Assembly (NCBI RefSeq): GCF_002075285.3
Contig: NZ_CP021983.2
Location: forward strand, 780,001-812,000
Source: Halomicronema hongdechloris C2206
GTDB lineage: Bacteria > Cyanobacteriota > Cyanobacteriia > Phormidesmidales > Phormidesmidaceae
DNA length: 32,000 bases
Reading direction: 5' to 3'
Within the stretch, counting starts at the first letter, position 1; every line of letters begins with the position of its first letter. The position numbers were made by a program, and so were the translations under genes. This document shows positions 10,291 through 21,399 of this stretch, piece after piece. The notes under the pieces are model-generated. The model was not told where the DNA came from, made no database searches, and was given only the letters and a program-made list of their open reading frames with translations.

Positions 10291-11754
10291 ATGGCTGCTC
10301 TCGCCCGTTCCCACAAAATTCCTCGCCGCCGCCGTACCAAATGGCTCTGGTTTGAGCGCCTGATGGCTCTGATTGCCCTAGTCAACTTAGCCCTAGTCCT
10401 ATTCGACCTCAGCTATATCCGCTTTCGAGACTTTTATTTGAAGTTCGTGCCAGAGCTCACTGAGTGGTACGGCGCCACCTATAAGGGCATTCAGCCAGAG
10501 CGATCCACCGTGACCTACCTAGAGACCGTGGATCGCCTCGAGGAGCAAGTGGCCCAAACCGGGCTGCAATCACGTCAGGCAACTATCTTGTTGAACCAGC
10601 TGCAACAGCAGAGCATCGAGCTAATCGATGAGAACCCCTTTCAGGTGGCCAATAAATCCGGCACCCTAGAGCGGATCAAAAACATGATGCGCGATCGCAT
10701 CGGTACCGATTCTGCCAAAGTCGCCTTTCGCACCTTCTGGAGCCAAGACCATCTGAGCCAAAATCCCTGGTCTGAGGAAATAGACTTCTTCAACGACGAC
10801 ATCAAGCCGTTGATGCAGACCAACTACTTCCGTCGCATTGGCATCGACGGCTTACCCTTGGATTGGTTCTGGCAGATCGACGGTTGGTTCATCCTTGTAT
10901 TTGGTCTGGAGCTGGCAGCTCGCTCCTTCTACCTCTGCCGTCACTACAAAAATGTCACCTGGCTCGATGCCCTCTTGTGGCGTTGGTACGACCTGTTAAT
11001 GGTGCTGCCGTTTAGTGCCGTGCGAATGCCCGTCCTCGGCTTGAGCCGCACCATCACCGTTGCCATTCGCCTCGATCAGTCCCAGTTGATCGATTTACAG
11101 CCCTTACGGAATCGCATCAATCGCTTCTTTATCAGCCAAGTGGCGATTGAACTCACCGAGGTCGTGATCCTGCGCATTATCGATCAATGTCAAAACCTGA
11201 TCCGAGCCGGAGATGTCACCCGCTGGTTAGTGGATGCCGGCACCGGCCGCCGCTACATCGACATCAATGGCATCGATGAGCTACAGGTCATGTCCCAACG
11301 GTTCATCACCATCCTGGTAGAGCAAGTGTTGCCCCAAATCAAACCAGAAATCGACGCCGTACTGAACCATAGCCTTAACCAGGTGCTAGGCCAAGCCCCA
11401 GCCTATGGCGGCCTGCGTCGGCTACCTGGCATTGGCACCCTGCCTGATCAACTGGCCCAGCGCCTCGCTGCAGAGATATCTACCAATGCCTATGACGCCC
11501 TCAAGCAGACCCTAGAGGATGATCAGGGAGCGGTACTGATCCGCAGCCTGGTGGCCAAATTGACCGACCGTCTACGCCATGAGGTGCAGCAAGATGACAC
11601 CCTGGATGAATTCGAGTCCCTGACCGTAGCCCTACTGGAGGAGGTCAAGCTCAACTATGTGCGTCGCCTGGCCGCCGAGGACATAGAACAGCTGATGGAA
11701 GAACGGTACCGCCTCTACAACGTCACTCAGGAAGGCCGCGCCTCCTCCAACTAA
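10291..11754 (+). CDS. Hypothetical membrane protein
   Basis: 487-aa ORF with a basic N-terminus, several hydrophobic helices (LMALIALVNLALVLF, GWFILVFGLELAA, YDLLMVLPF) and a long helical C-terminal half. No catalytic motif was recognised. Confidence 0.6.
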   Translation: MAALARSHKIPRRRRTKWLWFERLMALIALVNLALVLFDLSYIRFRDFYLKFVPELTEWYGATYKGIQPERSTVTYLETVDRLEEQVAQTGLQSRQATILLNQLQQQSIELIDENPFQVANKSGTLERIKNMMRDRIGTDSAKVAFRTFWSQDHLSQNPWSEEIDFFNDDIKPLMQTNYFRRIGIDGLPLDWFWQIDGWFILVFGLELAARSFYLCRHYKNVTWLDALLWRWYDLLMVLPFSAVRMPVLGLSRTITVAIRLDQSQLIDLQPLRNRINRFFISQVAIELTEVVILRIIDQCQNLIRAGDVTRWLVDAGTGRRYIDINGIDELQVMSQRFITILVEQVLPQIKPEIDAVLNHSLNQVLGQAPAYGGLRRLPGIGTLPDQLAQRLAAEISTNAYDALKQTLEDDQGAVLIRSLVAKLTDRLRHEVQQDDTLDEFESLTVALLEEVKLNYVRRLAAEDIEQLMEERYRLYNVTQEGRASSN

Positions 11755-11788
11755 ACCCCGAGGCAGCCTCAGCCCCCTTGCCTACTCA

Positions 11789-12583
11789 CTACCTGAGCGG
11801 CCACCAGGAGACCTTGTCCCGAGTCGCCCCATAGATCTGCTTTAGCGCCTCTGGATCCACCACCTGTACCGTATCGGGGTTGGAGTCAGCTGCCTTACCG
11901 GCCTTGAGTAAGCCAATCTGGGTCATCCCCTTGAGTACCTGTTCCACGGTGCGATGGTTCAGTTGACAGGCGCGGGCAATAATATCAACTGGCAGGTCAA
12001 AACTGTAGGTACCATCTAGGCTAGGTTGGTTGCCTAAGGATCGTTCCTGATAAATCAGGGCCCGCAATAGGGCTGCCACTGCCTGAGGAGGATAGGTGCT
12101 GCAGTTTAGCAGATGATATTGAAACTTCTCTCGCATCTCAAATAGCAAATCATACCGCTGCCGAAACACATCACTATCTCGGTAGAGGGCTTGGACAGCG
12201 GCGACGGGTAATTTGATCACATCGGTGGTTTTATAGGCTTCCACTAGACTCGGGAAAGCCCTCAACACCGGGCCATGGCTAAAGGCGAGGTTTCGCATGC
12301 CGAAACACCCGCCGGGATAGGTCAGGGCGATGATCCGATCGAGAGGAGTGCTGCGCACCACCACCGGCCCGCCCGCCACGATGGCATAGAGATGCTCCAG
12401 CCAGGTCTGGGGGCGAAACGCTGTAAATACGGGGCGATTGGAATAAAGTTTCTCTAAAATCAGCGTGTCAGGAGACAGGTAAGACGCCAACCAACTGGGC
12501 TCCATGTGCCGAAACAAAACGTTCCCCTGGATCAGGACCACAATCGGGTCAAAGGCATTAGCATGCTTGGCTGGTTTAGCCAT
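11789..12583 (-). CDS. Crp/Fnr-like transcription regulator (putative)
   Basis: The N-terminal region is laid out like a cNMP-binding beta-barrel, and the C-terminus has an HTH-like segment (IARACQLNHRTVEQVLKGMTQIGLL). The assignment rests on architecture only. Confidence 0.5.
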   Translation of the reverse strand: MAKPAKHANAFDPIVVLIQGNVLFRHMEPSWLASYLSPDTLILEKLYSNRPVFTAFRPQTWLEHLYAIVAGGPVVVRSTPLDRIIALTYPGGCFGMRNLAFSHGPVLRAFPSLVEAYKTTDVIKLPVAAVQALYRDSDVFRQRYDLLFEMREKFQYHLLNCSTYPPQAVAALLRALIYQERSLGNQPSLDGTYSFDLPVDIIARACQLNHRTVEQVLKGMTQIGLLKAGKAADSNPDTVQVVDPEALKQIYGATRDKVSWWPLR

Positions 12584-12760
12584 GGCGAAGCAGGAATTTG
12601 TACCAACCCTGGTTTATTGTCCCATGGAGTCGAGGAGGAAGGGATTAGGAAGGGATTAGGAAGGTTAGGAGTAGATTTGGTCGGTTCTGGGAGCAATGCG
12701 CTACTATAAACGATGGACAGCTTTTAGAAGGTGTCCTCCCGTTTCTGATAGGTATTGAGG

Positions 12761-12787
12761 AAAGTGGGTTGGTACCCACTTTTTTTT
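12761..12787 (+). terminator. Intrinsic-terminator-like hairpin immediately upstream of the rimP ribosome-binding site
   Basis: Perfect 9-bp stem AAAGTGGGT/ACCCACTTT (12761-12769 / 12774-12782) with loop TGGT, running into a T8 tract (12780-12787). GGAG at 12791-12794 and the rimP ATG at 12802 follow. Confidence 0.5.
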
Positions 12788-12801
12788 ATGGGAGTTGGTC
12801 T

Positions 12802-13272
12802 ATGACACATCCTCTCATCCCCCAAATTTTGGATTTAGCGGCTCCGGTAGCCGAACGGTTGGGATTAGAGATCGTCGGGGCGGTTTTTCAGACCAATCAG
12901 GCTCCGCCTGTGTTGCGGATTGATGTGCGCAATCCCAGCCAGCATGATACCGGATTAGATGACTGCGAGCGAATGAGTCAGGGCATCGAAGCAGTACTCG
13001 ATGCTACCGATATCATTCCTGATGCCTATGTACTGGAGATTTCTAGTCCTGGCATTTCGTCTCAGCTCACCTCGGATCGGGACTTCATAGTCTTCAAAGG
13101 ATTCATGGTGGAGGTGCACCTATCCACACCCCACCGGGGTAAACATCAGTGGGTAGGCCAATTAATTCGCCGCGACGACACCACCCTTTATCTCAATCAA
13201 AAAGGTAAGTCCATTTCCCTACCCTGGAAAGCTGTTGAATCAGTTCAACTCAGTAATCAGTCCGTTGACTAG
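12802..13272 (+). CDS. rimP: Ribosome maturation factor RimP
   Basis: [26 protein letters not shown]... is a typical RimP N-terminus. The gene sits first in the rimP-nusA-ylxR-infB order. The ATG at 12802 has a GGAG 7 nt upstream. Confidence 0.85.
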   Translation: MTHPLIPQILDLAAPVAERLGLEIVGAVFQTNQAPPVLRIDVRNPSQHDTGLDDCERMSQGIEAVLDATDIIPDAYVLEISSPGISSQLTSDRDFIVFKGFMVEVHLSTPHRGKHQWVGQLIRRDDTTLYLNQKGKSISLPWKAVESVQLSNQSVD

Positions 13273-13336
13273 GGTGCCCCCTTTCCAAGCCTGTCGGGTC
13301 TCCCCCTCACTACCATTTTACCTGGAGGTGTATGCC

Positions 13337-14869
13337 ATGTCTCTCGTTAATTTGCCAAATTTACAGGAACTGATTGACCACATCAGCCGTGAGCGCAATT
13401 TGCCTAAGCACGCCGTCGAAAATGCCCTACGAGAAGCCTTACTAAAGGGATATGAACGCTATCGGCGCACTCAGCGCATGGATGGTAATGTCCAATTTGA
13501 GGAAGATTATTTCGACAATTTCGATATTGAGCTAGATACCGATGAATATGGCGAGCAAGGATTTCGGGTCTTAGCCAGCAAGGCCATCGTTGAAGAGGTG
13601 CAGAGTGCTGATCACGAGATCGCGCTGGTAGAGGTGCAGGAAGTTGCTCCCGAAGCTCAATTGGGGGACACGGTGGTGTTAGATGTTACCCCAGAGCAGC
13701 GGGAATTTGGTCGTATGGCAGCGATTCAAACAAAGCAGGTATTAGCCCAAAAGTTACGGGATCAGCAGCGTAAGATGATCCAGGAAGAATTTCAGGATTT
13801 AGAGGGCACGATTCTGAATGCTCGGGTGCTACGGTTTGAGCGTCAGTCAGTGATTATGGCCGTCAGCAGCAGCCTCGGGCAGCCTGAGGTCGAGGCTGAG
13901 TTGCTGAAGCGCGATCAACTGCCTAATGACAACTATCGGGCTAATGCTACTTTTCGAGTGGCGCTCAAAAAAGTATCGGAAGGATCCCATCGTGGCCCTC
14001 AACTGCTGGTGTCTCGGGCCGATGCCAGTTTGGTGGTAGAACTCTTTTCCAACGAAGTACCAGAAATCGAAGATGAAATTGTGCGGATTGTGGCGGTGGC
14101 ACGGGAGGCCAATCCTCCCTCCCGTTCTGTGGGGCCTCGCACCAAGATCGCAGTGGATACGGTAGAACGGGATGTAGATCCGGTAGGAGCCTGTATCGGC
14201 GCCCGCGGTTCTCGGATTCAGGTCGTCGTGAATGAGCTGCGGGGCGAGAAAATTGATGTGATTCGCTGGTCTCCGGATCCCGCCACCTATATCGCCAATG
14301 CTCTGAGTCCAGCTCGGGTGGATGAGGTGCGCCTGATGAACCCAGAAGAACGGCAGGCCCATGTGTTGGTGCCCGAAGATCAGCTCAGTTTGGCCATCGG
14401 TAAAGAAGGGCAAAATGTACGACTGGCGGCCCGTTTGACGGGCTGGAAGATTGATATTAAGGATGCGGCTAAGTATGACTATGCCGCCGAAGATGAAAAA
14501 CAGGCTGAAATCCAAGCCCAGCGGGAAGCTCAGCAGCAAGTAGCCCTAGCAGCTACGGCAGCAACTGCCACCGATTTAGAGGCCAATCTAGAGGATGAGA
14601 ACGGGGCTGCAGAGGAAGCCCTAGCTCCTGTGACAGGTCCATCCTTAGCTGATGCCGCCATGGCAACAGAAGAGAGGGCAACTGCCAGGGAGGCAGGCAC
14701 ACCAGAGGCCTCAACGCCGGCAGAATCAGCTTCAGAGGCGGTGTCGGATAACGCAGCGTCGGCTGAGGATTCCCTGGAAGAGAACACGCTGGCAGAGGAC
14801 CTTGAAGAGGACACAGTCGACGAAACCCCCGTCGAAAGCGATGAAGCCTATCCAAGGGAAGAAGAGTAA
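13337..14869 (+). CDS. nusA: Transcription termination/antitermination factor NusA, with a long acidic C-terminal extension
   Basis: The N-terminus LIDHISRERNLPKHAVENALREALLKGYERY, an S1 region, and KH motifs GACIGARGSRIQ and LAIGKEGQNVRLA. ATG 13337 is preceded by GGAGG (13324-13328), so the track start 13235 is an upstream extension. Confidence 0.9.
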   Translation: MSLVNLPNLQELIDHISRERNLPKHAVENALREALLKGYERYRRTQRMDGNVQFEEDYFDNFDIELDTDEYGEQGFRVLASKAIVEEVQSADHEIALVEVQEVAPEAQLGDTVVLDVTPEQREFGRMAAIQTKQVLAQKLRDQQRKMIQEEFQDLEGTILNARVLRFERQSVIMAVSSSLGQPEVEAELLKRDQLPNDNYRANATFRVALKKVSEGSHRGPQLLVSRADASLVVELFSNEVPEIEDEIVRIVAVAREANPPSRSVGPRTKIAVDTVERDVDPVGACIGARGSRIQVVVNELRGEKIDVIRWSPDPATYIANALSPARVDEVRLMNPEERQAHVLVPEDQLSLAIGKEGQNVRLAARLTGWKIDIKDAAKYDYAAEDEKQAEIQAQREAQQQVALAATAATATDLEANLEDENGAAEEALAPVTGPSLADAAMATEERATAREAGTPEASTPAESASEAVSDNAASAEDSLEENTLAEDLEEDTVDETPVESDEAYPREEE

Positions 14870-14948
14870 CCAAGCCCCGCCCACTAGTATGGAATAGCAC
14901 CTTTTATTGAGACCATCGTTTGGCTCCTATCCTGGGTGGGGGCTGCCA

Positions 14949-15233
14949 ATGAAACCCAATCTACGCCGCTGTATCAGCTGCCGCAAAGTGGCTCCGAAGT
15001 CGGCCCTTTGGCGAATCGTCCGCGTTTTTCCCAGCCGGACAGTACAATTAGATGAAGGTATGGGGCGGTCAGCTTACCTCTGTCCTCAGGTAGATTGCCT
15101 CCGGACAGCTCAAAAGAAGAACCGTCTCGGACGTGCCCTGAAAGCGTCAGTGCCACCGAGTATCTACGAAGAGCTCTGGCAGCGGTTGGAGTCTTCCTCG
15201 GTTAAGGGGTCTGAGCGCTCCTCACCAGATTGA
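14949..15233 (+). CDS. ylxR: YlxR/DUF448-family RNA-binding protein
   Basis: RRCISCRKVAPKSALWRIVR motif, and the position between nusA and infB. ATG 14949 is preferred over the track start 14907. Confidence 0.8.
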   Translation: MKPNLRRCISCRKVAPKSALWRIVRVFPSRTVQLDEGMGRSAYLCPQVDCLRTAQKKNRLGRALKASVPPSIYEELWQRLESSSVKGSERSSPD

Positions 15234-15490
15234 AGGGCTGTCCTGTCAGTAAATGGGCAACTGCCCCAAGATTGTCTACTGTTACCCGCTGTTCAGCTGT
15301 AGCGGTGACTGATTAAACTCAATAGAAGAGGAGTATAGTCTTTATGCTCTGCTTTGATGACCGACGATAAGCCTATCAACGGTCAGCTTGGGTGAGGTAA
15401 CGAGTCGTTTGCATAGGAAGGTTGATGTAGTTTCGTTAGAAAAATAGGACGGGCATATGGCATAGCTAGGATTGTCAGAGGGAGATTTGG

Positions 15491-18400
15491 ATGAACAACG
15501 GCAAGATCAGAATTTACGAATTATCACGGGAACTAGATTTAGAGAATAAGGATATTTTAGCGATCTGCGATCGCTTGAATATTGCCGTAAAAAGTCATAG
15601 CAGTACCATCACTGGTGAAGACGCTGCCCAGATTCGGTCGGCTGCTAAATCGGCAAGGGCTGGTAAGGCTAAGCCTCGACAACCTGAGAAGGCTCATAAT
15701 GGCGCGCGTCCGCCAGTAAGGAAGCAACAAATCTTAGAAATTCGTCGCCATCGAACAGCGCCCAAACCGCCGAATGCTCCTGAACCTCCCCAATCGCCAG
15801 AGGAGCCTGCTGCTATCGACAATGATGAAGTCAGCCAGGGAGAGGTTGATGCTCTGATGACCCCTCCCAGCCGTCCGGAGGCTCCGACGCGTCCCTCTAG
15901 CACCCAGCTAAAACCACCGGTGAGTCGTCCACAATCCCCGGGCCAGGCTGAGGCTGAATCACCTCAGCCACCGAAGCCGAAGACAGCTAGTCCGCCGGAG
16001 CCAGAGGAGCAACCCGCGGAGCCGTCGGAAGATAAGGCTACTGCTCCGGCGGCAAAGGCACCTAGTAAGCCCAAGCCAGAACTGATTGGACCGCCTCCCA
16101 AGCCGACTCGTCCTAAGCCCAAGGTCACCAACCGCCGGGCTCAAGCTGATACCTCCGAGCCGGCGGCGAAGTCGGCTCGACAACCCACTATCCCGATTCG
16201 GGAAGTAGATGATGATGACGACGATGGGCCGAAGCTTAAGCCGAAGCCGAAGCTACGTCGTCCCAAACCATCAGAGCCGCAACAAGACGAGCAGCCCGTC
16301 ACCCCTGAGCAAGATGACACCGAAGACTCGAGGGATGCTAGGGATGACTCTGCCCGTGAACCATTGCTGAAACGGCCATCTCCATCGCGATCGCAACGCC
16401 GCAAGACTCGAGAAGAGCCTGTTGATGAAGAGCAGGAAATGCGGCCCAAGGCTGACAAGAAGAGCAAGCGGCGTCAGGCCATCATTGAAGATGATGACGA
16501 ACTCGAAGAAGTGATTGAGGGTGGATCCGGCGGTCAGTCCGATGCTTCCTCTAATCTAAGTGTGTCCCTAGCTCGGCCCCCTAAGCAGAAGAAGGCATCT
16601 GCTTCGAAACCCTCTGCACCTGCGACTCGCTCCTATAAACCCCCTAGTCGCGATCGCAGCGGCAGTAGTCGTCAACAACGGCGGGAACGGCAAGAGCAGG
16701 CCACCCAGCAAGAGCGGCCAGAAATTCTGACTCTAACCAGCGAACTGACTGTACACGAACTGGCGGCCAAGATCGTTGTACCTGAAACCGATATCATCAA
16801 GTCCCTCTTCTTCAAGGGGATCGCCGCTAACATTAATCAGACTCTAGACGTCCCCACGGCCAAGATGGTGGCTGAAGAGTTCGACATTCTGGTGGAGACT
16901 GCTGAAGCCGAATCTGAAGCCAAGAAGATCACTGAGATGTTAGATGACAGTGATCTGGAAAGCCTGGTGCGGCGACCGCCAGTCGTCACTATCATGGGCC
17001 ACGTTGATCACGGTAAGACGACCCTGTTGGACTCCATTCGCAAAACCAAGGTAGCCCAGGGAGAAGCCGGTGGTATCACTCAGCATATTGGGGCCTACCA
17101 TGTCGATGTGGACCATGAGGACGACTCTCAACAGATTGTCTTCCTCGACACTCCTGGTCACGAAGCATTTACCGCTATGAGGGCTCGGGGTGCCCGCGTG
17201 ACCGACATTGCCATCCTGGTGGTTGCGGCTGACGATGGGGTGCGCCCCCAAACCATTGAAGCTATTAGCCATGCTAAGGCAGCTGGGGTGCCGATCGTGG
17301 TTGCTATCAACAAGATTGACAAAGAGACAGCCCAGCCTGATCGAGTCAAGCAAGAACTCATGGAACATGGCCTAGTGCCAGAAGAATGGGGCGGCGATGC
17401 CATCATGGTGCCCGTCAGTGCGATTGCCGGTGAGAACCTCGATAATCTATTGGAAATGCTGCTCCTGGTGGCTGAGATCGAAGATCTACAGGCCAATCCA
17501 GATCGCCTGGCTAAGGGGACAGTGATTGAGGCCAACCTCGATAAGGCCCGAGGACCGGTGGCGACCCTACTGGTGCAAAACGGCACCCTGAAGGTCGGTG
17601 ATGCTGTTGTCGCGGGCTCTGTCTTTGGTAAGGTGCGAGCCATGATTGATGATCGGGGTCAGCGAGTCACCTCGGCCTCACCATCCTTTGCCGTAGAGGT
17701 GCTGGGCTTGAATGATGTCCCGGCGGCTGGCGATGAGTTTGCCGTCTACGGTGATGAGAAAGAGGCTAGAGCCGTGGCTGATTCTCGAGCGACGGAGCAG
17801 CGCCAATCCCGTCTGCAGCAGGCCATGGCCTCTCGTCGGGTAACTCTGAGTTCCTTGTCAGCCCAAGCCCAGGAAGGAGATCTGAAGGAGCTAAACCTGC
17901 TGCTCAAGGCCGATGTGCAAGGTTCCTTGGAAGCCATCTTGGCAGCGTTGCAACAGCTACCTCAGAACGAAGTGCAGGTGCGCGTGTTGCTGGCAGCTCC
18001 CGGTGAAATTTCCGAAACGGACGTGGATTTGGCTGCGGCCAGTGGGGCTGTGATTATTGGCTTCAATACCACTCTGGCACCAGGGGCCCGTCAAGCCGCA
18101 GATCGCCTAGGCGTGGATGTGCGCGACTATGACATCATTTACAAGCTCCTAGAAGATATTCAGGGAGCCATGGAAGGCCTACTGGAACCCGAGCTGGTCG
18201 AGGAGTCCCTGGGTCAGGTAGAAGTGCGCGCTGTGTTCCCGGTGCGCAAGGGCTCAGTGGCCGGCTCCTATGTACAGTCCGGCAAGGTTACCCGTAATTG
18301 CCATCTGCGGGTATTGCGCCAGGGCGAGGTGGTGTATACTGGTAAACTCGATTCCTTGAAGCGCATGAAGGATGATGTCAAAGAGGTGGCGGCTGGCTTC

Positions 18401-18505
18401 GAGTGCGGTATTGGTATTGATGGCTTTAATGACTGGAAAGAAGGCGACATTATTGAAGCCTTCCGTCTGGTGACGAAGCGCCGCACATTAGCAATGGCTC
18501 GGTAA
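15491..18505 (+). CDS. infB: Translation initiation factor IF-2
   Basis: GTPase motifs [20 protein letters not shown] and NKID, with a long Pro/Lys/Glu-rich N-terminal region. Confidence 0.95.
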   Translation: MNNGKIRIYELSRELDLENKDILAICDRLNIAVKSHSSTITGEDAAQIRSAAKSARAGKAKPRQPEKAHNGARPPVRKQQILEIRRHRTAPKPPNAPEPPQSPEEPAAIDNDEVSQGEVDALMTPPSRPEAPTRPSSTQLKPPVSRPQSPGQAEAESPQPPKPKTASPPEPEEQPAEPSEDKATAPAAKAPSKPKPELIGPPPKPTRPKPKVTNRRAQADTSEPAAKSARQPTIPIREVDDDDDDGPKLKPKPKLRRPKPSEPQQDEQPVTPEQDDTEDSRDARDDSAREPLLKRPSPSRSQRRKTREEPVDEEQEMRPKADKKSKRRQAIIEDDDELEEVIEGGSGGQSDASSNLSVSLARPPKQKKASASKPSAPATRSYKPPSRDRSGSSRQQRRERQEQATQQERPEILTLTSELTVHELAAKIVVPETDIIKSLFFKGIAANINQTLDVPTAKMVAEEFDILVETAEAESEAKKITEMLDDSDLESLVRRPPVVTIMGHVDHGKTTLLDSIRKTKVAQGEAGGITQHIGAYHVDVDHEDDSQQIVFLDTPGHEAFTAMRARGARVTDIAILVVAADDGVRPQTIEAISHAKAAGVPIVVAINKIDKETAQPDRVKQELMEHGLVPEEWGGDAIMVPVSAIAGENLDNLLEMLLLVAEIEDLQANPDRLAKGTVIEANLDKARGPVATLLVQNGTLKVGDAVVAGSVFGKVRAMIDDRGQRVTSASPSFAVEVLGLNDVPAAGDEFAVYGDEKEARAVADSRATEQRQSRLQQAMASRRVTLSSLSAQAQEGDLKELNLLLKADVQGSLEAILAALQQLPQNEVQVRVLLAAPGEISETDVDLAAASGAVIIGFNTTLAPGARQAADRLGVDVRDYDIIYKLLEDIQGAMEGLLEPELVEESLGQVEVRAVFPVRKGSVAGSYVQSGKVTRNCHLRVLRQGEVVYTGKLDSLKRMKDDVKEVAAGFECGIGIDGFNDWKEGDIIEAFRLVTKRRTLAMAR

Positions 18506-19599
18506 TGCAGTCTTTTCGGCTTGATCCCTACCTCTGGATTCACCTAGCAGGACTGGCAGCTGTACCGCTTTGGTTCGATGTTTGTTTACTGGGGCTGGCT
18601 GCCGGTGACCCTGTTCTGCCAGTTTGGCTAGAACTAGGAGTGCTGGCGGTTGTAGGAGTGTTGCCTGTGTTGTGGATGCAGTGGCAGCGGCCTTTCTGCA
18701 TCTTTAGCCTGGTGGCGTTGGCACTGAAGCCAGACCAGATGAGCCCTAACCAACGACGCCTATTACATCTGTTTCAGGATCCCATCGGCCGTGGGGTGTC
18801 TCTGCTGGTTCCCTTGCCGTTGCTCTGGGGACTGTGGCAGCTCTATCGCTTGGCTCCCTTAGCTGCGAACAGTACTCCCTTCTCCAATCGAGGGGTAGGG
18901 GTGCTGGTGGCTGCGATCGCATTTTTGCTGGTCAATTTGTTTACTCAGGTACCTGTGCGGGTGCTGCGGGTACTATTGGCTCCAGCCACTGCCTTAGACG
19001 GGGTAGATCCCTATGCTCCAGAGGCCATTCCCCAAGATTTCACCTTGATTGGGCTGCGGGTAAACCAGATTCTACCGCCACTGGAAATACCATCGGCTGA
19101 AGCCCCGCCTGAGTCGCCGTCCCAGCCAGCAGTAACCGACCAAGAGGAAATAGCCCCTGCCCCTTTGGCCAAGGAAGATAAGGAAGATGGGGATGAGACG
19201 GATGACACCATTGTCTCGCAGACAGAACCAGCCCCAGAGGAAGAGCCGGCGGCTGCCGAGATGGCTGCTGATGTCTCTACCGACGCAGGATTGGCAGCTT
19301 GGCCCGTCGATGACTCGGTCGAAGCCCTGGATTATGAAGGCCAGGCCCCACAACCTGCCGAGTCTGAATCTGTTGACTCCCCAGAGGGAGACGGGCAGGA
19401 TGGGCCAGAATCTTCCTCAGAGGAGAGCTCGGCCATAGAATCCCATGTCTCCTCAGATGCCCCTCAGCCAGACGACAGCAATGGCTATCATCTTCAAGAG
19501 ACAGATGTGCAGCCCCCAAAGGGGCATTCAGAGCACGAGCACGAGTCATCCTCGCAGTCGCCAGATGAGCCTGGTGATGCTGAATCAAGGTCAGAGTAA
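18505..19599 (+). CDS. Membrane protein with an acidic low-complexity C-terminal tail
   Basis: The ATG overlaps the infB stop (TAATG). The N-terminal ~190 aa are hydrophobic helices; the C-terminal ~170 aa are Glu/Asp/Ser/Pro-rich. Confidence 0.55.
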   Translation: MQSFRLDPYLWIHLAGLAAVPLWFDVCLLGLAAGDPVLPVWLELGVLAVVGVLPVLWMQWQRPFCIFSLVALALKPDQMSPNQRRLLHLFQDPIGRGVSLLVPLPLLWGLWQLYRLAPLAANSTPFSNRGVGVLVAAIAFLLVNLFTQVPVRVLRVLLAPATALDGVDPYAPEAIPQDFTLIGLRVNQILPPLEIPSAEAPPESPSQPAVTDQEEIAPAPLAKEDKEDGDETDDTIVSQTEPAPEEEPAAAEMAADVSTDAGLAAWPVDDSVEALDYEGQAPQPAESESVDSPEGDGQDGPESSSEESSAIESHVSSDAPQPDDSNGYHLQETDVQPPKGHSEHEHESSSQSPDEPGDAESRSE

Positions 19600-19828
19600 G
19601 GGCTGATTTGCCAACCACAGCGCCGACTTGACACAGCCATCAGGTGCTCAAGTGACGGTGGAGTGCGATTTTGGATAATGTTTCACGTCACATTTATGGC
19701 TGCTTAACAGACTAGACGGCATTTCTGTGGCATCTAACACAATGTAGCCTGGGTGACTGCGCTATCCTAAGATTGAGCTCGTATGAGGCTGGCTCCAATA
19801 TAATCTAGGTTTTGGCAGCGAGGCATTT

Positions 19829-20029
19829 ATGACTAGGCTTTCTTCTCACCAGGCTGATCAGTTCGCCGATGATGCCACTATTTGGCAGAGTTTAAAGTGT
19901 GCGATCGCAAATAGTTCTGGATTTCAGCGCTGGCAGGGAGAGCAGAGTGAGACGGATCTGGCAAAAACGCCCCTAGAGCAATTGGTTCGTCGTTACCTAC
20001 GAGAAACCCTCGAGACTCTCGCTTATTAA
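19829..20029 (+). CDS. Small hypothetical protein (66 aa)
   Basis: ATG ORF with a TATAAT hexamer at 19799-19804 upstream and a terminator hairpin downstream at 20109-20142. Confidence 0.45.
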   Translation: MTRLSSHQADQFADDATIWQSLKCAIANSSGFQRWQGEQSETDLAKTPLEQLVRRYLRETLETLAY

Positions 20030-20108
20030 GGACGACCCCAGGCTAAGCCACCTGGGCTAGTTAACTCAGTGACGCATTCTGCAGTCATTGATAGCACCCT
20101 TGCCTGAG

Positions 20109-20142
20109 ATGGAGATCCCCAGGTCTCCATGGTTATTTTTTT
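20109..20142 (+). terminator. Rho-independent terminator
   Basis: 7-bp stem ATGGAGA/TCTCCAT (20109-20115 / 20124-20130) with an 8-nt loop, followed by GGTTATTTTTTT. Confidence 0.6.
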
Positions 20143-20225
20143 ATTGGCCGTTACACAATTGGAAACCCCGTCCCACGGTGAATAGGCTAACCCCATACTG
20201 GTGATGATCGCCTAGGAAAGTCATC

Positions 20226-21110
20226 ATGGTTTATCGGTTACCGTATTGGGCCCGGGGTGGAGTATTATTAGCGGCGCTCTGGTTAGTGGGTTGTGGTGCG
20301 ATATCGACACCGGAGTCGACAAGTAATGAGGCCGTATCTGAGGCCATGACCGCCGAGAATTCTGCGGCACCGGCGCGTCAGGATCAGACCGCCGAGGTGG
20401 CAGCAGATACCTCTGCCTTACCCGAACGGCAGCCTCAGTTGGTGAAACAAGCTAACATGTCGCTGCGGTTAGCCGATGTAGAGGCAGGTATCGACGCCAT
20501 ATACGATCTGGCCGTTCAGCAGCAAGGGGATATCCTGAATCTTCGAGATCAGCAGCCAGACACCGGCCAACCTCGTCAAGTTTCACTGCGGCTACGGATC
20601 CCTCAGAGTGCCTTAGAAGCGACCCTAGACGCCCTGCGACAGCTGGGTGAAGTCCAGCAGCAACAGGTCACAGTTACCGATGTGTCAAACCAGTTGGTGG
20701 ATCTGCAGGCCCGGCTGCGGAATTTACGCAAGTCAGAGGAAACTCTATTGACGCTCATGGAGCGCTCTGGATCGGTGGCAGATGTGCTGCAGGTGGCTCA
20801 AGAACTGAGCAATGTCCGGGAAACCATCGAACGCCTCGAGGCGCAACGACAGCAATTGAACACCCAGGTAACCTACGCCACGGTGCAGGTGCAGCTGGAA
20901 GCAACGGTCACTCCGGTCCCCACCAACCCTCCCTTGGCGGAGACCCTAACCAATACTTGGCAGCAGGCTACCCATTCCGTCAGCGACCTCAGTACTGGCG
21001 TGTTGCGCCTCAGTCTCTGGCTGATTGCCTACAGTCCCTATTGGGCGCTGGTGTTGGCAGCAGCTTGGGGGTATCGCCGTTGGCAACGGCAGGCCCAGTC
21101 CTCTTCTTGA
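20226..21110 (+). CDS. DUF4349-like lipoprotein (putative)
   Basis: Signal peptide with lipobox-like LVGCG, a central coiled-coil segment (LRNLRKSEETLL..., ERLEAQRQQLN) and a C-terminal TM helix. The architecture is recalled for DUF4349. Confidence 0.55.
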   Translation: MVYRLPYWARGGVLLAALWLVGCGAISTPESTSNEAVSEAMTAENSAAPARQDQTAEVAADTSALPERQPQLVKQANMSLRLADVEAGIDAIYDLAVQQQGDILNLRDQQPDTGQPRQVSLRLRIPQSALEATLDALRQLGEVQQQQVTVTDVSNQLVDLQARLRNLRKSEETLLTLMERSGSVADVLQVAQELSNVRETIERLEAQRQQLNTQVTYATVQVQLEATVTPVPTNPPLAETLTNTWQQATHSVSDLSTGVLRLSLWLIAYSPYWALVLAAAWGYRRWQRQAQSSS

Positions 21111-21373
21111 GTGGTAACAAGGAGATCCCGTGCCTCTGGGCGGGTAATGCTGTGCGAGTACTACTGCTAGAAAGTCCTGGGAACTGCTAGTTAATCGGCC
21201 CTTTTCTCTAGAATTCTGCTGTTTTGTCGTGGGATCGCGTCCGTAAAGATTCACAGTATTTTCATTCGCAGCAGCGAGAACTTAAACGAGGATTTTAGAG
21301 GCAAGCAGTACGATTGAAGTTACACGGATTCCATTTGAAGTTGTCCCACCTCCCCTGAGCCCTGGAGACAGAT

Positions 21374-21399
21374 TTCGTTAAGGACATTCGTTAAGGACA
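21374..21399. repeat. Perfect tandem duplication of the 13-mer TTCGTTAAGGACA
   Basis: Read directly from the sequence: 21374-21386 and 21387-21399 are identical. Confidence 0.9.

Noticed and set aside
12637-12667. Purine-rich tandem repeat GGAAGGGATTA x2 + GGAAGGTTA between the Crp-like gene and rimP
   Set aside because: The repeat is real and visible in the sequence, but it is short and I cannot attach a function. It may simply be slippage in a divergent promoter region, and it is mentioned only as context for the rimP leader finding.
13847-19618. Many ORFs of 60-230 aa antisense to or out of frame within nusA, infB and the acidic-tail membrane protein gene (e.g. 13847..14539, 14530..14814, 15959..16467, 16940..17643, 19011..19618)
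   Set aside because: These are shadow ORFs typical of GC-rich, low-complexity (Pro/Glu/Ala/Ser-rich) coding regions. Their translations are Arg/Ser/Gly/Leu-rich with no motifs, while the sense genes are unambiguous.
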